Below are positions 25,969 to 37,950 of a DNA stretch of 64,000 nucleotides, in pieces. A model generated the notes under the pieces. It made no database searches. It was not told the DNA's origin and worked only from the letters and a program-made list of their open reading frames with translations. Both the position numbers and the translations under genes were made by a program. Origin of the DNA: Callorhinchus milii (taxonomy: Eukaryota); NCBI RefSeq assembly GCF_018977255.1, contig NW_024704743.1, forward strand, positions 10,542,001 through 10,606,000. Direction: 5' to 3'. Positions within the stretch are counted from its first letter, which is position 1, and the number at the start of each line of letters is the position of its first letter.

Positions 25969-26787
25969 TCCTCATCTATCACCCCACCTGGCTCAAGATT
26001 CAGCACATCATTCTCTGACATTTTCAGCATGACTCATCCACCAAACAAACATTTCCCTCCCTGCCACACTCCGCATTCCAAGGGAATCATTCCCCCCGGA
26101 ATTCCTTAGTTCATTCCGCCGTCAGCACTACCAGCTGCTCTCCTTCCCCTGGCACCTTCCCATGCCAGTGCAGGAGATGTAATACCTGCCATTTCACCTC
26201 CTCTCAGACCACTAGCCAAGGCCTCAAATACAGCTTCCATGTAAGATAGCGGTTTACATGTACTACCACCAATGTAGTCTACTGTATTAGCTGCTCACGG
26301 TATGGTCTCCTCTATATTGGGGAGACTAAGCGCAGATTGGGTGACCGATTTGCAGAACACCTCCGTTCTGGACGCAAGGTCAACCCTGATTTTCTGGTCT
26401 TCAGCCATTTTAACTCACACTCCCATTCACAGTCTGACCTCTCCAACCATGATCTCCTACGCTGTTCCAATGATCCACGGCGAAAGCTTGAGGAACAGCA
26501 TCTTATCTATCTGCTAGGGACGCTACAGCCCTCTGACCTTAATATTGCCACTCTCTTTGCCTCTCTCTGGTGTGTTGCCTGTTCTGCACTATTAACGCCT
26601 CTTTTCCCCAGTTTTGTTTCAACCCACAACCCCCCCCCCTTTTGTTGTACAACCTCTCTTTTGTTTATGCCACTATCACCTCTTTAACCCATCAACTAAC
26701 ACAGTCTCACCTTTATCTTCTTTGCTGTCCTTGTCCTGCCTCCCCCTCTCAACTTGTCCTTAAAACCTCTCCCTCCCAACATACCCC

Positions 26788-26824
26788 AGTTCTGACGAAG
26801 GGTCGTGGATCTGAAACATTGACT
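26788..26824 (+). ncRNA. Minimal type I hammerhead-ribozyme motif in the right Penelope arm
   Basis: AGTT-CTGACGA-A-GGGTC-GTG-GATCT-GAAACATT-GACT: CUGAnGA and GAAA cores, stems I and II pair. Confidence 0.7.
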
Positions 26825-27576
26825 CACTTTCCTTTCTCCATAGATGCTGCCTGACCTGCTGAGTTTCTCAGCTCTCTTTGTTTTTGTTTCAGACATTACC
26901 TTGTTGTGCCTTCATATACACTTTCCAGCAGAGGTCACTGGATAGTGATGCAAAGTGGGAAGCTTGATTGACATTCCACATCCCTATCCCAAAGGTACTT
27001 TTAGGTTCAGTTTATCAAGTCATGGTGATTAAAAATGAACAACAACTAGACAAGCTTCTCTCTTCAGTCTTGAGAGAAGATGACTCAGAGGGGATCTCAG
27101 ACCACAATGCGATCAGAGGAGATCTCAGCACACAATCTTGAATGGGATTGAAAAACTAAACCCAAAGCAATACTTTAGGATGTATCTAAAGTAGTAAAAG
27201 AGGGCATAGGTTCTGAAGAGCAACTTCGGAACAGATATCAGGAAGTTTTTTCTTTTCTTAGATGGTACTCAATGACTGGAACAAGTTGCCAGGAAAGGTG
27301 CTAGAGGCCAAGACACTAGATTCATTTAAAAAGCATCTCAATGCTGTGAATAGGGAGGTGGTAGGGTGGGTGTTTTGGATCTTTGATGGGCTGAAGGGCC
27401 TTCTTCTTTCCGACTAATTTTGTGATTTTATGAAAAAGAGTTGTCAGAGATTAGCTGGAATAAATAACCTTCTCCTGTTCTCCCATTCCTATCGTCTCTC
27501 AGATCATCTATAGCACCTCAGAACGTCCAGATATACCTATCATTAGAACATTAATGGAACATCATTAGAACTTCAT

Positions 27577-27945
27577 GGAGTTTTGTAGCTCAGTGGATAG
27601 AGCACTCACCTGGCAAGCGAGAGACCTGGGTTTGATTCCCAACAGGGCGAAATATTGGGCAAGTTTCCTTACTCCACACGTCTCTGTTTACCTAGCAGTA
27701 AGTAGGAACCTGTTTGTTGGTCGATTGGCAGATTGTTTTTTGGGACAATAATTCCTTCCAAAAAGATAATAATAATTGATCACTTCAATCACGACTGTTT
27801 GTGGAACACTGCTGTGCGCAATTGGAGTCCACGTTTCACCCACAAAATATACAGTCAACTCACTTTACAGTCTATTCTGTGAAGCGCTGTGAAACGTCTT
27901 GAAAACGTGATAAGGCCTTATATCAAATTCAAGGATTATTATTGT
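27577..27945 (+). mobile_element. Full long-form tRNA-SINE
   Basis: Head, tgtttacctagcagtaagtaggaacc block, tail. Confidence 0.9.
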
Positions 27946-29029
27946 TTATTGTCATTATATTCTGTGAAGCACTTTGAGACATCTGGAAGACGCGATAAGG
28001 CGGCTCTGAACTCCTCAACCTCCCCACCCTATCCCTCAGACTTACCGAAGTAGTGCACAACCTAGGCATCAGGTTCGACCCACAGCTGTCCTTCCTTCCC
28101 CACATCCGCTTCTTCCCCACATTATTGACAGGGAGGAACGGGCTGACAGGATCACAGAATCTTGTTCTCTGTTATTGGTGCATACAGTATATTGTGTATT
28201 TGGTCATGTGGAATGACATGCACTCACTCACTAAGGTTTCTAAACAACCAGCACAACAAGATTATATTTGTATTGTGCCTTTCATGTCGGGAGGATTTCC
28301 CAAGGCGCTGGACAGTGTACAGCATTTCAGACCTGAGCTGGGGTCAGAGGGTGTGAAGGGAGGGGAGGGGAAGGGGGGTGGCCGATGGCATGATCGAAGA
28401 GGAGGGTCTTGAGGTGGGACTTGAAGGGAGCTAAGGTCAGAAAAATCTCTCAGTGTATTGAAACATTCCTTTCATTTGGCTTGGCAATGTGTCTCAGTTT
28501 ATACGTCAGATAAACATTCATTCCTGTACCATTTCCCTTTTCCTTTGCATTTAACTTCATGATCTCTGAATGCGTGAGACTGGCACATTGTTCTCAAAGA
28601 GTGGGAACAATGAAGATAGATCTAAACTGTGGGTAATTCACTGAAGCAATGGACAATGGCATACTCTAATCTGATTTTATTCTGGGATTTTGTAAGCAGC
28701 GAATGAACACACAATCAGAGAGAGAGAGAGAGAGGGAAATTTTCTCTTTTAAATTTTTTTTTCATGGGGATTCTCTTTTCCAGTTGTTCTTCCCTTGTTC
28801 TCCTCAAAGTTTGACTCATTTACTGAGTAACAATTTCACATATTTGCTTGTATTTGAACTTTTTGAGAGCTTCAGCAGGTTGTTTATCCACAAGAAACAT
28901 CCCATCCCAAGTCTTCACCTGAAGTAACACACATACTTTTATGATCAAATGGAATGGATTACCAGGGAAGCCTGTTCTCTGAAGTAATTTAACAAACAGC
29001 TTCTGCCATCTAATCAAGAACTTAATTTC

Positions 29030-29590
29030 ACCTTATCATGTTGTCGAGACATCTCAAAGTGTTTCACAGGATCTACTGTAAAGTGTAGTGACTGTATTTT
29101 GTAGCCAAACACAACAGTCAATTAGCGCAAGGCAATGTCCCATAAACAACTATTGACCAATTGTATTGGGAATTTGTTGGTCAGGACACTAGGAGAACTT
29201 CCCTTTTCTTTTTGAATAGTGCCATGGGGTCTTTGATATCTACCTGAACACACAGACAGGACCTTGTTTCATCCGAAGAACGGCACCTCAAACGATATAG
29301 CACACCCCCAGCACTGTGTTGAAGTGTCATAATAATAATAATAATAATCCTTGCATTTGATATAGCGCTTTTCACATCGGGAGGATGTCCCAAAGCGCTT
29401 CACAGAAGACACTGTAAAGTGAATTGACTGTATATTGGTGGGCGAACGCGGCAGCGAATTGCGCACAGCAACAGCCAATTGTGCACAGCAAATCATAGAC
29501 TATTTGGGTTCAAAGTCCCAAGATGGGGTTCAAACCAACAACTTTCTGATTCAGAGTTGAGAGTCTTACCAGCTAGGCCTGGCTGACAAA
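29030..29590 (-). mobile_element. Deu-domain-type SINE with a young SINE 3' fragment inserted (~29330-29470); other Deu-type copies at ~6660-6810, 12050-12260, 36930-37250, 38000-38330, 49305-49615, 53040-53235
   Basis: Reverse complement gaggtgccgttcttcggatga...aaagaccccatggcactattcaaaaagaaaagggaagttctcctagtgtcctg resembles the Deu core. Confidence 0.75.
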
Positions 29591-29636
29591 CTGCTGTTTG
29601 ATGGTAGGGGGGATTTCTGGAAGGACGAGATCAAAT

Positions 29637-29955
29637 GGAGTCCTGTAGCTCAGTGGTTAGAGCACTCGCTTTGCAAGGGAGAGACCTGAGTTCAATTCCA
29701 GGCAGAGGGCGAAACCTTGGGCAAGTTTCCTTACTCCACACAGAGCCTAATAATAATCCCTCCAAAACCAAAAAAAAAACAATAATAAATTGGTCATTTT
29801 CAATCTACGACTGTTTGTGGGACATTGCTGTGCGCAATTGGCTGCCGCGTTCGCCCACAAATATACAGTCAATTCACTTTACAGTATATTCTGTGAAGCG
29901 CTTTGGGACGTCCTCCTGACGTGAAAAGCGCTATATCAAATGCAAGGATTATTAT
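29637..29955 (+). mobile_element. Young short-form tRNA-SINE
   Basis: Nearly identical to the 55057 and 15288 copies. Confidence 0.95.
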
Positions 29956-30228
29956 AAATGTCCTGAAGGACTGCACTTTGAAGGGGTGAAGGGCACTCTG
30001 ATCATGCTCATCCCTCTTCAAGGGCAGCAAGGTCCCAATGTAGGTCAAGCTTGTGGCATCCAAGACCTTTGTCAAACAGTCCTCCCATTGGTGGATCCAT
30101 CACTGAATGGGAGGATATGTGCTTAAGCTGCAGACAGGAAGACAGTTGCAATGCTCTCACTCATTTCATGCTGAGATGCATTGCCCACTAGGAAGCTTGC
30201 AGGGAGTTCTTTGTGCTTACCATCCACC

Positions 30229-33200
30229 TACAACAACAACAACAACAAAATTACATTTATATAGAGCCTTTCATGACAGGAGGATGTCCCAAGGAGGTGA
30301 ACAGACAGAGTTTCGGACCCGAGCTGAGGGTCGGTGTGGGGGAGGGGTGAGGGCAGGGGTGGAAGCAGAGAGATCGAAAGCACAATCGAAGAGGAGAGTC
30401 TTGAGATCAGTCTTGAAGGTGGCGAGGGAGGGGGCGAGAGGGAGGGACTGCGGGATGGAGTTCCAGAGAGTAGGTGCAGAGTGGCGGAAGCCCACCCGCC
30501 AATAGTGGGATGAGCAAGGTGAGGGACGTAAAGCAGGTCAGAGCCCGCTGAGTGGAAGAAGCGAATAGGATGGTAGGGGGTTAGGAGGTCGCAGAGGTAG
30601 GGGGGAGCAAGACCATGGCGGGCTTTGAAGGTGAGGACCAGGATCTTGAACTTTATCCTCTGTGTGAAGCCAGTGGAGTTGGGCAAGGATGGGGGTGATA
30701 GGGTCATGGAGCCTAGCGTGGGAGAGGACATGGGCTACAGAATTCTGGATGAACTGGGGCCTGTGGAGGAAGGAGTTGGGGAGGCCGACAAGCATTGAGT
30801 TTGCTTTGTCGAGCCTCGAAGTAATGAAGGCATGTTTGAGGGTTTCGGCAGCCTGGGGTGTGAGACAGTGTCAGAGCTGGGCAACGTTGCAGAGATAGGG
30901 GAAGGCAGAGTGGGTCATGGCGCGAATGTGGGGTAGAAAGGATAGTTGAGGGTCGAAAAAGACTCCAAGGTTCCAGATTGGCTTAGCAAGGTTGAGTGTG
31001 CAACCATGGATGGTGATACTGTCAGTGCCTGAGGTGAGGAGGCGCTGATGGGAGCCAATCAAGAGCCTCGGTCTTGTTTACAGTCAAATGAAGAAAGTTA
31101 GTTCTCATCCAGGACTTGATGTCTGACAGAAATTCTGTCAGCAACCAGTGGTCCTAGAGTCATGGGTGGAGGCAGAGAGGTAGAGTTGGGTGTCATCCAC
31201 ATACATGTGGAAGTCTGCGGATGATGTCACCGAGGGGGAGCATATAGATGTTGAAGAGGAGGGGACCAAGGACAGAGCCCTGAGGAATGCTGCACAAGAT
31301 GGTTTGCAGGCTAGATAAGAAGCCATTTGAGAGATGAAGTGCAGGCAGTGTGAGAGGTATGATCTGAACCAATCAAGGACAGCGCCGTGGAGGTTGAGGT
31401 GAGAGGAGAGGCGGTGGATGAGGATAGAGTGGTCGTCGGTGTCAAAAGCAGCAGAGAGGTCAAGGAGGATGAGAAGGCAAAGGGAGCCCTGGTCGCAGAT
31501 GGACAGAATATCATTTGTCACTTTGATCACTGCGGTTTCTGTGCTGTGGGCAGCTAGGAAGCCCGATTGAAGGGGTTCGAGAAGGGAGTGGTGGGAGAGG
31601 AAGGAGTGAAGCTGAGAAGCAACAACTCGTTCCAGGACCTTGAAGAGGAAGGAGAGGTTGAAGATGGGGCGGTAGTTAGAGAGTAGAGAAGGGTCCAGGG
31701 AGAGTTTTTTAAGGACAGGAGTGATGACACCAGTTTTTAAAGGGGTGGGAACAGGCAGGACAGGGAGAGGTTAACAGTGTCAGTGAGTAGAGGGGCAAGG
31801 AGGTGGAGCTGAGAGGTAAGGAGTGGGGGTAGGGATGGGATACAGAGAGTGGGTGGTGGGTTTCATACAGGTTATGGTGGTGATGAGAGAGGAAGGAGAG
31901 ACGGGTTCAAAGGTGTGGGGGGAGGGGTGGGTAGGGGCTGGGGTGGGTGGGAGGAGATGGGGAGGGGGTTGCAGTGGCAGAGGCAGCTGAGCGGATTCCC
32001 TTGATTTTGGATTCAACAACAACAACTTGGATTTATATATCGCCCTCCACGCTGGACGGTGTTTCAGAGCACTTCACAATAACGGATCCCGGGGCCGAGC
32101 CAGGGGAGAGGGAGGAAGGTGACCAAAGGCATGTCAAAAAGAAAGGTCTTCAACTGAGACCTGAAAATAGGAAGAGAGGGGACGAGTCAGAGGGATTGAG
32201 GAAGGGACTTCCAGAGCCTTGGGATGTAGTGGCTGAAGGCACAGCCACCGATGGTGGAGCGGAGAATTCAGGGAACAAGGAGGAGGCCAGACCCAGTGGA
32301 GCGAAGGCAACGGGCACTGTTGTGAGGAGAGTGGAGGTCAGAGAGGTAGGGGGTTGCAGAGGAGTGGAGGGATTTGAAAACAAGAGTGAGGATCTTGAAG
32401 TAGATCCTCTCTGGGACAGGCAGGATTTTATGAATGGTAGTGGAGGGGAGACCAGCGAGGAGGGCATTTGAATAGTTCAGCCAAGAGGTGACAAAGGAAT
32501 GTTCAGGTCTCGGCTGAACCAGGATTTCGGCGGCTTTTGGGGTGAGGTATTGGCGGAGATAGGCAATGTGTCGGGGGTGGAAGAAAGCGGTGCTGGTGAG
32601 GGATTGGATGTGGGTGAGGAAAGATAATTGGGGGTCGAACCTGACACCTAGGTTGCATATGGGTTCGGAGAGTTTTAGGAGTAGGTGGAGGAGATGAAAA
32701 TCATGCGATTTTAGATGTTGACGAAAGCAAAAGAATATGGCTTCCGTCTTGTCAACATTTAGCTGAAGGAAATTCACGCTCATCCAGCTCCTGATGTCTG
32801 ACAGGCAGGCTGACAGAACATCAGGGATTGTGGGTCGCAAAGTGAGGCGGAAAAATAGAGTTGGCTGTTGTCCGCAGACATGTAGAAGTGTACCCCGTGT
32901 CTGCGGATAACCCCCAAGAGGGAGCATGTAGATTAGGAAGAGGAGGTGGCCAAGGATGGATCCTTGGGGTACCCCGCAGGTAACCGGGTAAGAGTCGGAG
33001 GAGAAGCCGTCTCTGCTGGTGGTTTGTGAGGTAGGACTCGAACCAGGCGAGTGCGGTCCCACTGAGGTGGATAACGGAGGAAAGGCGATGGAGGAGGATG
33101 GAGTGATCGACTGTGTCAAAAATGGTGGAGAGGTCCAGGAGGACAAGGAGGCAGAGGGAGCCCTGGTCATAGATAGAGAGGACGTCATTTGAGACTTTCA

Positions 33201-35390
33201 CAAGCGCAGTCTCTGTACTGTGGGCAGGGCAGAAACCAGACTGGAGGGGTTCGAAGGGGGAATGGGAGGAGAGGTGTGCGTGAAGTTGATTGACAACAAC
33301 GCGTTCTAGGACTTTGGCGAGGAAGGGCACGTTTGAAATAGGGCGGTAGTGGCTAGGGTTTGAGGGATCTAGGGAAGGTTTTTGTGGAGGAGAGTGATGA
33401 CAGCAGTTTTGAGGGGGGCATGGACTGATCCAGAGGAGAGGGACTTGTTGATGACATCAGCTAGTAGTGGGCAGAGGAGGGGGAGCTGGGTGATCAGCAA
33501 ATTGGTTTCATCAAAGTGATTGTGGGTGAGAGGGAGGAAGGAGAGATGGGGAGGAAGGAATGTAGGATAGAGGTCGTGGTAGGAGCTGATGTTGGGCAGG
33601 GTGAGGGGGATGGAGAGGGGGTGGTGGTGGGTGACAAGAGTCAGGAGGATGAGGCTGCCTGGCGAATATTATGTATTTTGGTTGAAAAGAAGTCCATGAC
33701 CTCCTCACACTTGGCCTTAGATGAAGAGGCCTGAGAGGGCACACGGAGGAGGTAGTGGTTGGTGGAAAAAAGGACTTTGGGATTTTTTTTGGCTCCAAGA
33801 TGATGTTGCAGTAATAGGCCGTTTTCGCACGTGTCAAAGAACGGCAGTAGCTGTGGAGATGAACGAAAGAGTTGAACGTGGAGGAAAGGCGATCATGGAG
33901 CAGCTGGACGGCTGCTTCAGGGTCTTCGTGGGTGGAAGGCCAAAGGGATAGGATATTTGATGATGTGAGGGCCTTTGTGAGGGTGTCAGGTAACTTTTTC
34001 CACGGGCTGCAGAGTATGGTTGAGGGTGGAGGAGAGAGGGATGTGAGAGGAGAAGGAGATGAGGAAGTGGTCCGAGATGACCTTGTCCACTATGCTAAGG
34101 CCGGAAATGTCAAGGCCGTGGGTGATGATGAGGACAACCCTACCTCGCCTCGCATTTGGCATTTGAGGTGAGAATGGGTGAGGCATGAAAGGGTGGGCGG
34201 AAGAGTTGGTTCATGATGGAGAAGAGGAGCCTAGGGTTGTCCTTAGCAACCAAGATTTTCTTGGAGTAGAACAACGATTTAGCGGAGGCGGGGGCTGAGT
34301 GGTAGGATTTGACAGTCTAGCCAAATCTGCTGGTGGACAGTTAGGTTTGATTTGAGCCAGATGCACTCAGCAGAACGCACTTGGGCTTTAAGGGAGCGGA
34401 GGTGGCTGGTGTACCAGGGTGATCTGCGTGAGTAGGGGACGGTTTGGGAAAAGAGGGGAGTGAGGGAATCAAGAGTGAAGTAACGGGAGCTATGGAGAAA
34501 TGTGACCGAGGAGGATAGGTCAGTGCAGGAGAATGCCCAGAGGGGAAGGAGTTCAAATGACTCCAAGGCAGCCAAGAGGGAGGGGGGGGGTGAGATTTTT
34601 TTCCAAGGGCGGTGTGAGATGGATGTGGGTTGGGTGGTGGTGGGAACAGGGAATGAGGAGTTAAGGGAGATGAAGTGATGGTCTGAGATCACTTTGCGAT
34701 GATGGTGAGGTCCAAGTGATCACCAGGTCGAGGAGGTAATGGAGTGAATGTGGAGGGAAAGATTGAGGGAGGAGATAAGGAAGGAAAAGTCAGCAGAGGT
34801 AGAGCAGGAGGGGGCGAAGTGAAGGTTGAAATTGCCTTGGATGAGGAGGTGTTCAGAGCAAAGGGAGATGGAAGATAGAAGGGTGGAGATGTCAGAGATG
34901 AAGATGGGGTAAGGCTTGGGGGCGGTAGATTAGGAGAATTTTGAGGGAAAGGTTGGAGGGGTGATAGAGTGTAACGTGCTCAAGGGAGGGGAAGGTGGTG
35001 TGGCCTCATTCAGGGGGAAAGTGTCCCCTGGAGTGATCCAGGTTTCAGTGAGGGCAAGGATGTCAATGTGTTCATTGACGATGAGGTCTTGGATGGTGTG
35101 TGTTTTGTTGGTGAGGGAACAGACATTTTGTAGACCGATACAGAGGGGAATAAGTGAGGTCAGAGGAGAGGGCTGGGGGCATTGTGGGGAAGCAGCTTGG
35201 GTTGGTGGCGGCAGCCATAACTGAGACTAAAAGCAAGCGGCTGGAGTGGCGGAGCTTAGCGAGGCATGGTGAGCACACCGGTGAGAGTCATCGTGGGAGG
35301 GGGGACAATGTCAGTTCAGGCCGAGAGATTCAGAAATGGCAGGAAGGTGTGACGTCACGCAGCAGCCGGTCTCTGGTTGTCTCCTAATGA
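30229..35390 (-). mobile_element. L2 LINE (family A), apparently reaching its 5' end, split by a nested L2 of another family
   Basis: RT/3' part 30229-32013; APE/5' part 34190-35390 (DILALTETW, ISDHH). Confidence 0.9.
32014..34186 (-). mobile_element. L2 LINE family B (different 3' tail), nested
   Basis: ORFs 32268-33188 and 32821-33330 (QSGFCPAHSTETALVKV, GVPQGSILG); tail ...gcgtggagggcgatatataaatccaa(GTT)n. Confidence 0.9.
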
Positions 35391-37318
35391 GCCGCACCTA
35401 GTGAGGCTCAAACCCACGCTTGTTGGATGTCCAACAATCAACTAGTGACTGTCCTCCTTGGGGAGGATGGTAAGCAGGGTCTCTTTGGAGCTAAACTGGC
35501 AATGGAATGTCAGAATTGAGGCAGCCTTCTTTGGCGACCTTGGTAGTCCGGTTTCTGAGCCAGGCGGGTTTGCCAATATTCCAGTGCGCTGCTGATGACA
35601 GCACAGCCAGCTGGCTCATCGCCAGGACCTTGAAGGGCAGACCAGTCACTGGGGGCAGGGAGTTATCCCATTCAGCTCCCTTTAATCCTGCAAGCCAAAA
35701 CCCTAACGGATAGGATGGTACTAGCTGGGTAAGAACGGGACAGCACTATCAATGGCAACCTATGCGGTTTAGATGGTGAGACTCCAGCAGTACCACAATA
35801 TGCACTTTGGGGTCCCCAAGCCTTTGGTCTTGCCAACCTGTTAATCCCTATGATATAGGACTTCACAAATTATATCAATCCTATAGTCTGCCTGGCCTGT
35901 GTGACGAGCTACTACTTTAAATTCTCACTATACCATGATTTTAAATACAACACGTTCTTTTAGTAGCTGAGAGATCAAAGCGTTTTAAAGAAGTTGTAAA
36001 ATAATACAAAGCATTCATTTATGGAAAAATCCCAGTTCTCTCGAAACAAAAAAGTTCTTTTGAGCTATTCACATACAAATGTGGCTATCGTTATGTAACA
36101 TCTGTTCAGATTATTTCTCACAATTTTCTTATGTTCTATTAATAATAACTCATCGACATTGGGAGATTTTCTGTTTATTTCTGTGTTAATTTCTCTGGCG
36201 AATCGATATAAAAGATAATTTTTCAGTTCAAAATATGTTTTTGTGAGCACTTCAATTAATCAAAGTAAACTTTTGTTTTGGACAAGACACTGGATATGAA
36301 CTATGTGTGGAAATATGATTTTTATTCCTTCTGATTTGTGACTACATGGATTTGGATTGCATTTGCTATTCTTCTCCTCTCCTGAAGACCTGAGTCTTGT
36401 TGGGATTCAGTCTTGAAAGGAGACATCTCAGAGGAGACCTTAAAGAGGCACACAATATTTTAAATGGGATTGAAATAATAGTAATAATAACAATAGTATA
36501 ATAATCCTTATATTTGATATAGCGGGATATCCTCACATTGGGAGGATGTCTCAAAGTGCCTTACGGGATATACTATAAAGTGTAGTGATCCAGAACACCA
36601 AAACAGTAGAACAAGAGGACATTTATTTGTAATGGTGATAATTATCATATTTTCCACCATTCTCAATAAAAATACTTGAACGAAAAAGAGAATTACAATA
36701 AATTACAAATTGATGTTTGTATAATTCCTTTCATGTCGGAAGGACAACCCTACTGGTGGTAGGAGATGACGAGAGGTAGGGAGAGGAAAGATGACCAAAA
36801 ACGTGGTTAAAGGGGTAGGTCTTGACACAAACCTAAGGTTATCCCAGGTTGAAATGAGCTACAGTTTAATCTAGTCATTTTTGCAAGTGCACATATTTAT
36901 CTTGCATTTTAATAATCCTAAAATAATAATGGTATAGTGCTTTTCATGTTGGGAGGATGTCTGAAACTACTTCACAAGACACACTCTAAAGTGTAGTAAC
37001 TATGTATTTGTAAGGGAACATGACAGTCGAATTGTGCAGAGCAATGCCTCACAAACAGCCACGAGCAAATGTGTTTGGGGGATTGTTGGCTAGGACGATG
37101 GGGTGAAACACACTTCTCTTTTCAAATAGTGCCATGGGAACATTAACATCCAATTGAACGGGTACACAGGACCTCAGTTTAACATTTTATCCAAAGGACG
37201 GCACTGCATTGGAGTATCAGCCTCAATGTAATATCAAGTCCTGATGCTTATTTCATCATCAAAGGAAAATTCAGTTTTCAAAATGTTACTTATCTACTAA
37301 TACAAGTGTGAAGACTGA

Positions 37319-37950
37319 ACAACAACAAAATGACATTTGTATAGCCCTTTCACATTGGGAGGATGTCCCAAAGCGCTGGACAATCAGTGTTTCGGACCCG
37401 AGCTGGGGGTCGGGATCGGGGAGGGTAACTGGGGAAAGAGGATGATGGAAGGCGTGGTGAAGGAGGAGGGTCTTGAGACGGATCTTGAAGGAGGCAAGAG
37501 AGGGGGCAAGGTGGAGAGACTGCGCGATTGAATTCCTGAGGGCGGGGGCAGTGGCTGAAGGTCCGTCTGCCAATGTTGGAGCGTGCGAGGCGGGGGACAT
37601 GAAGCAGGCCGGTGCCCGCTGAGCGGAGGGAGCAGGCAGGTTGGTAGGGGTGTAGGAGGTCACAAAGATAAGGGGGAGCAAGGCCATGGAGGGCTTTCAA
37701 GATGAGGACCAGGATCTCGATCTGTATCTTCTGTGTGATGATAAGTCAATGAAGTCAGGCGAGGATGGGGGTGATAGGGTTGCGGAACCTGGTGCTGGAG
37801 AGGACACTGGCTGCAGAGTTCTGGATGATCTGCAGCCTATGGAGGGAGGATTTGGGGAGGGCGACAAGCAAGGAGTTTGCATAGTCAAGCCTCGATGTTA
37901 TGAATACGTGTATCAGGGCCTTGGCGGCCTGCGGTGTGAGACAGTGGAAA
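37319..37950 (-). mobile_element. L2 3' fragment
   Basis: TSRLDYANSLL, KALHGLAPPYL, tail. Confidence 0.92.

Larger units (their letters stand above)
25293..26893 (+). mobile_element. Penelope-like element (Neptune-type), 5'-truncated: GIY-YIG endonuclease flanked by inverted terminal arms (25293-25660 and 26555-26893)
   Basis: 26100-26550 translates to GTFPCQCRRCNTC...FTCTTTNVVYCISCSRYGLLYIGETKRRLGDRFAEHLRS...HFNSHSHS; the arms are reverse complements; candidate TSD cataacctt/cattacctt. Confidence 0.92.

Noticed and set aside
32268..33188. 306-aa ORF as an intact RT gene
   Set aside because: Mosaic of in-frame and out-of-frame L2 sequence; the YADD motif is lost
35585..35625. CTGATGA as a hammerhead core in the unclassified repeat
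   Set aside because: No GAAA after the potential stem in the copies examined
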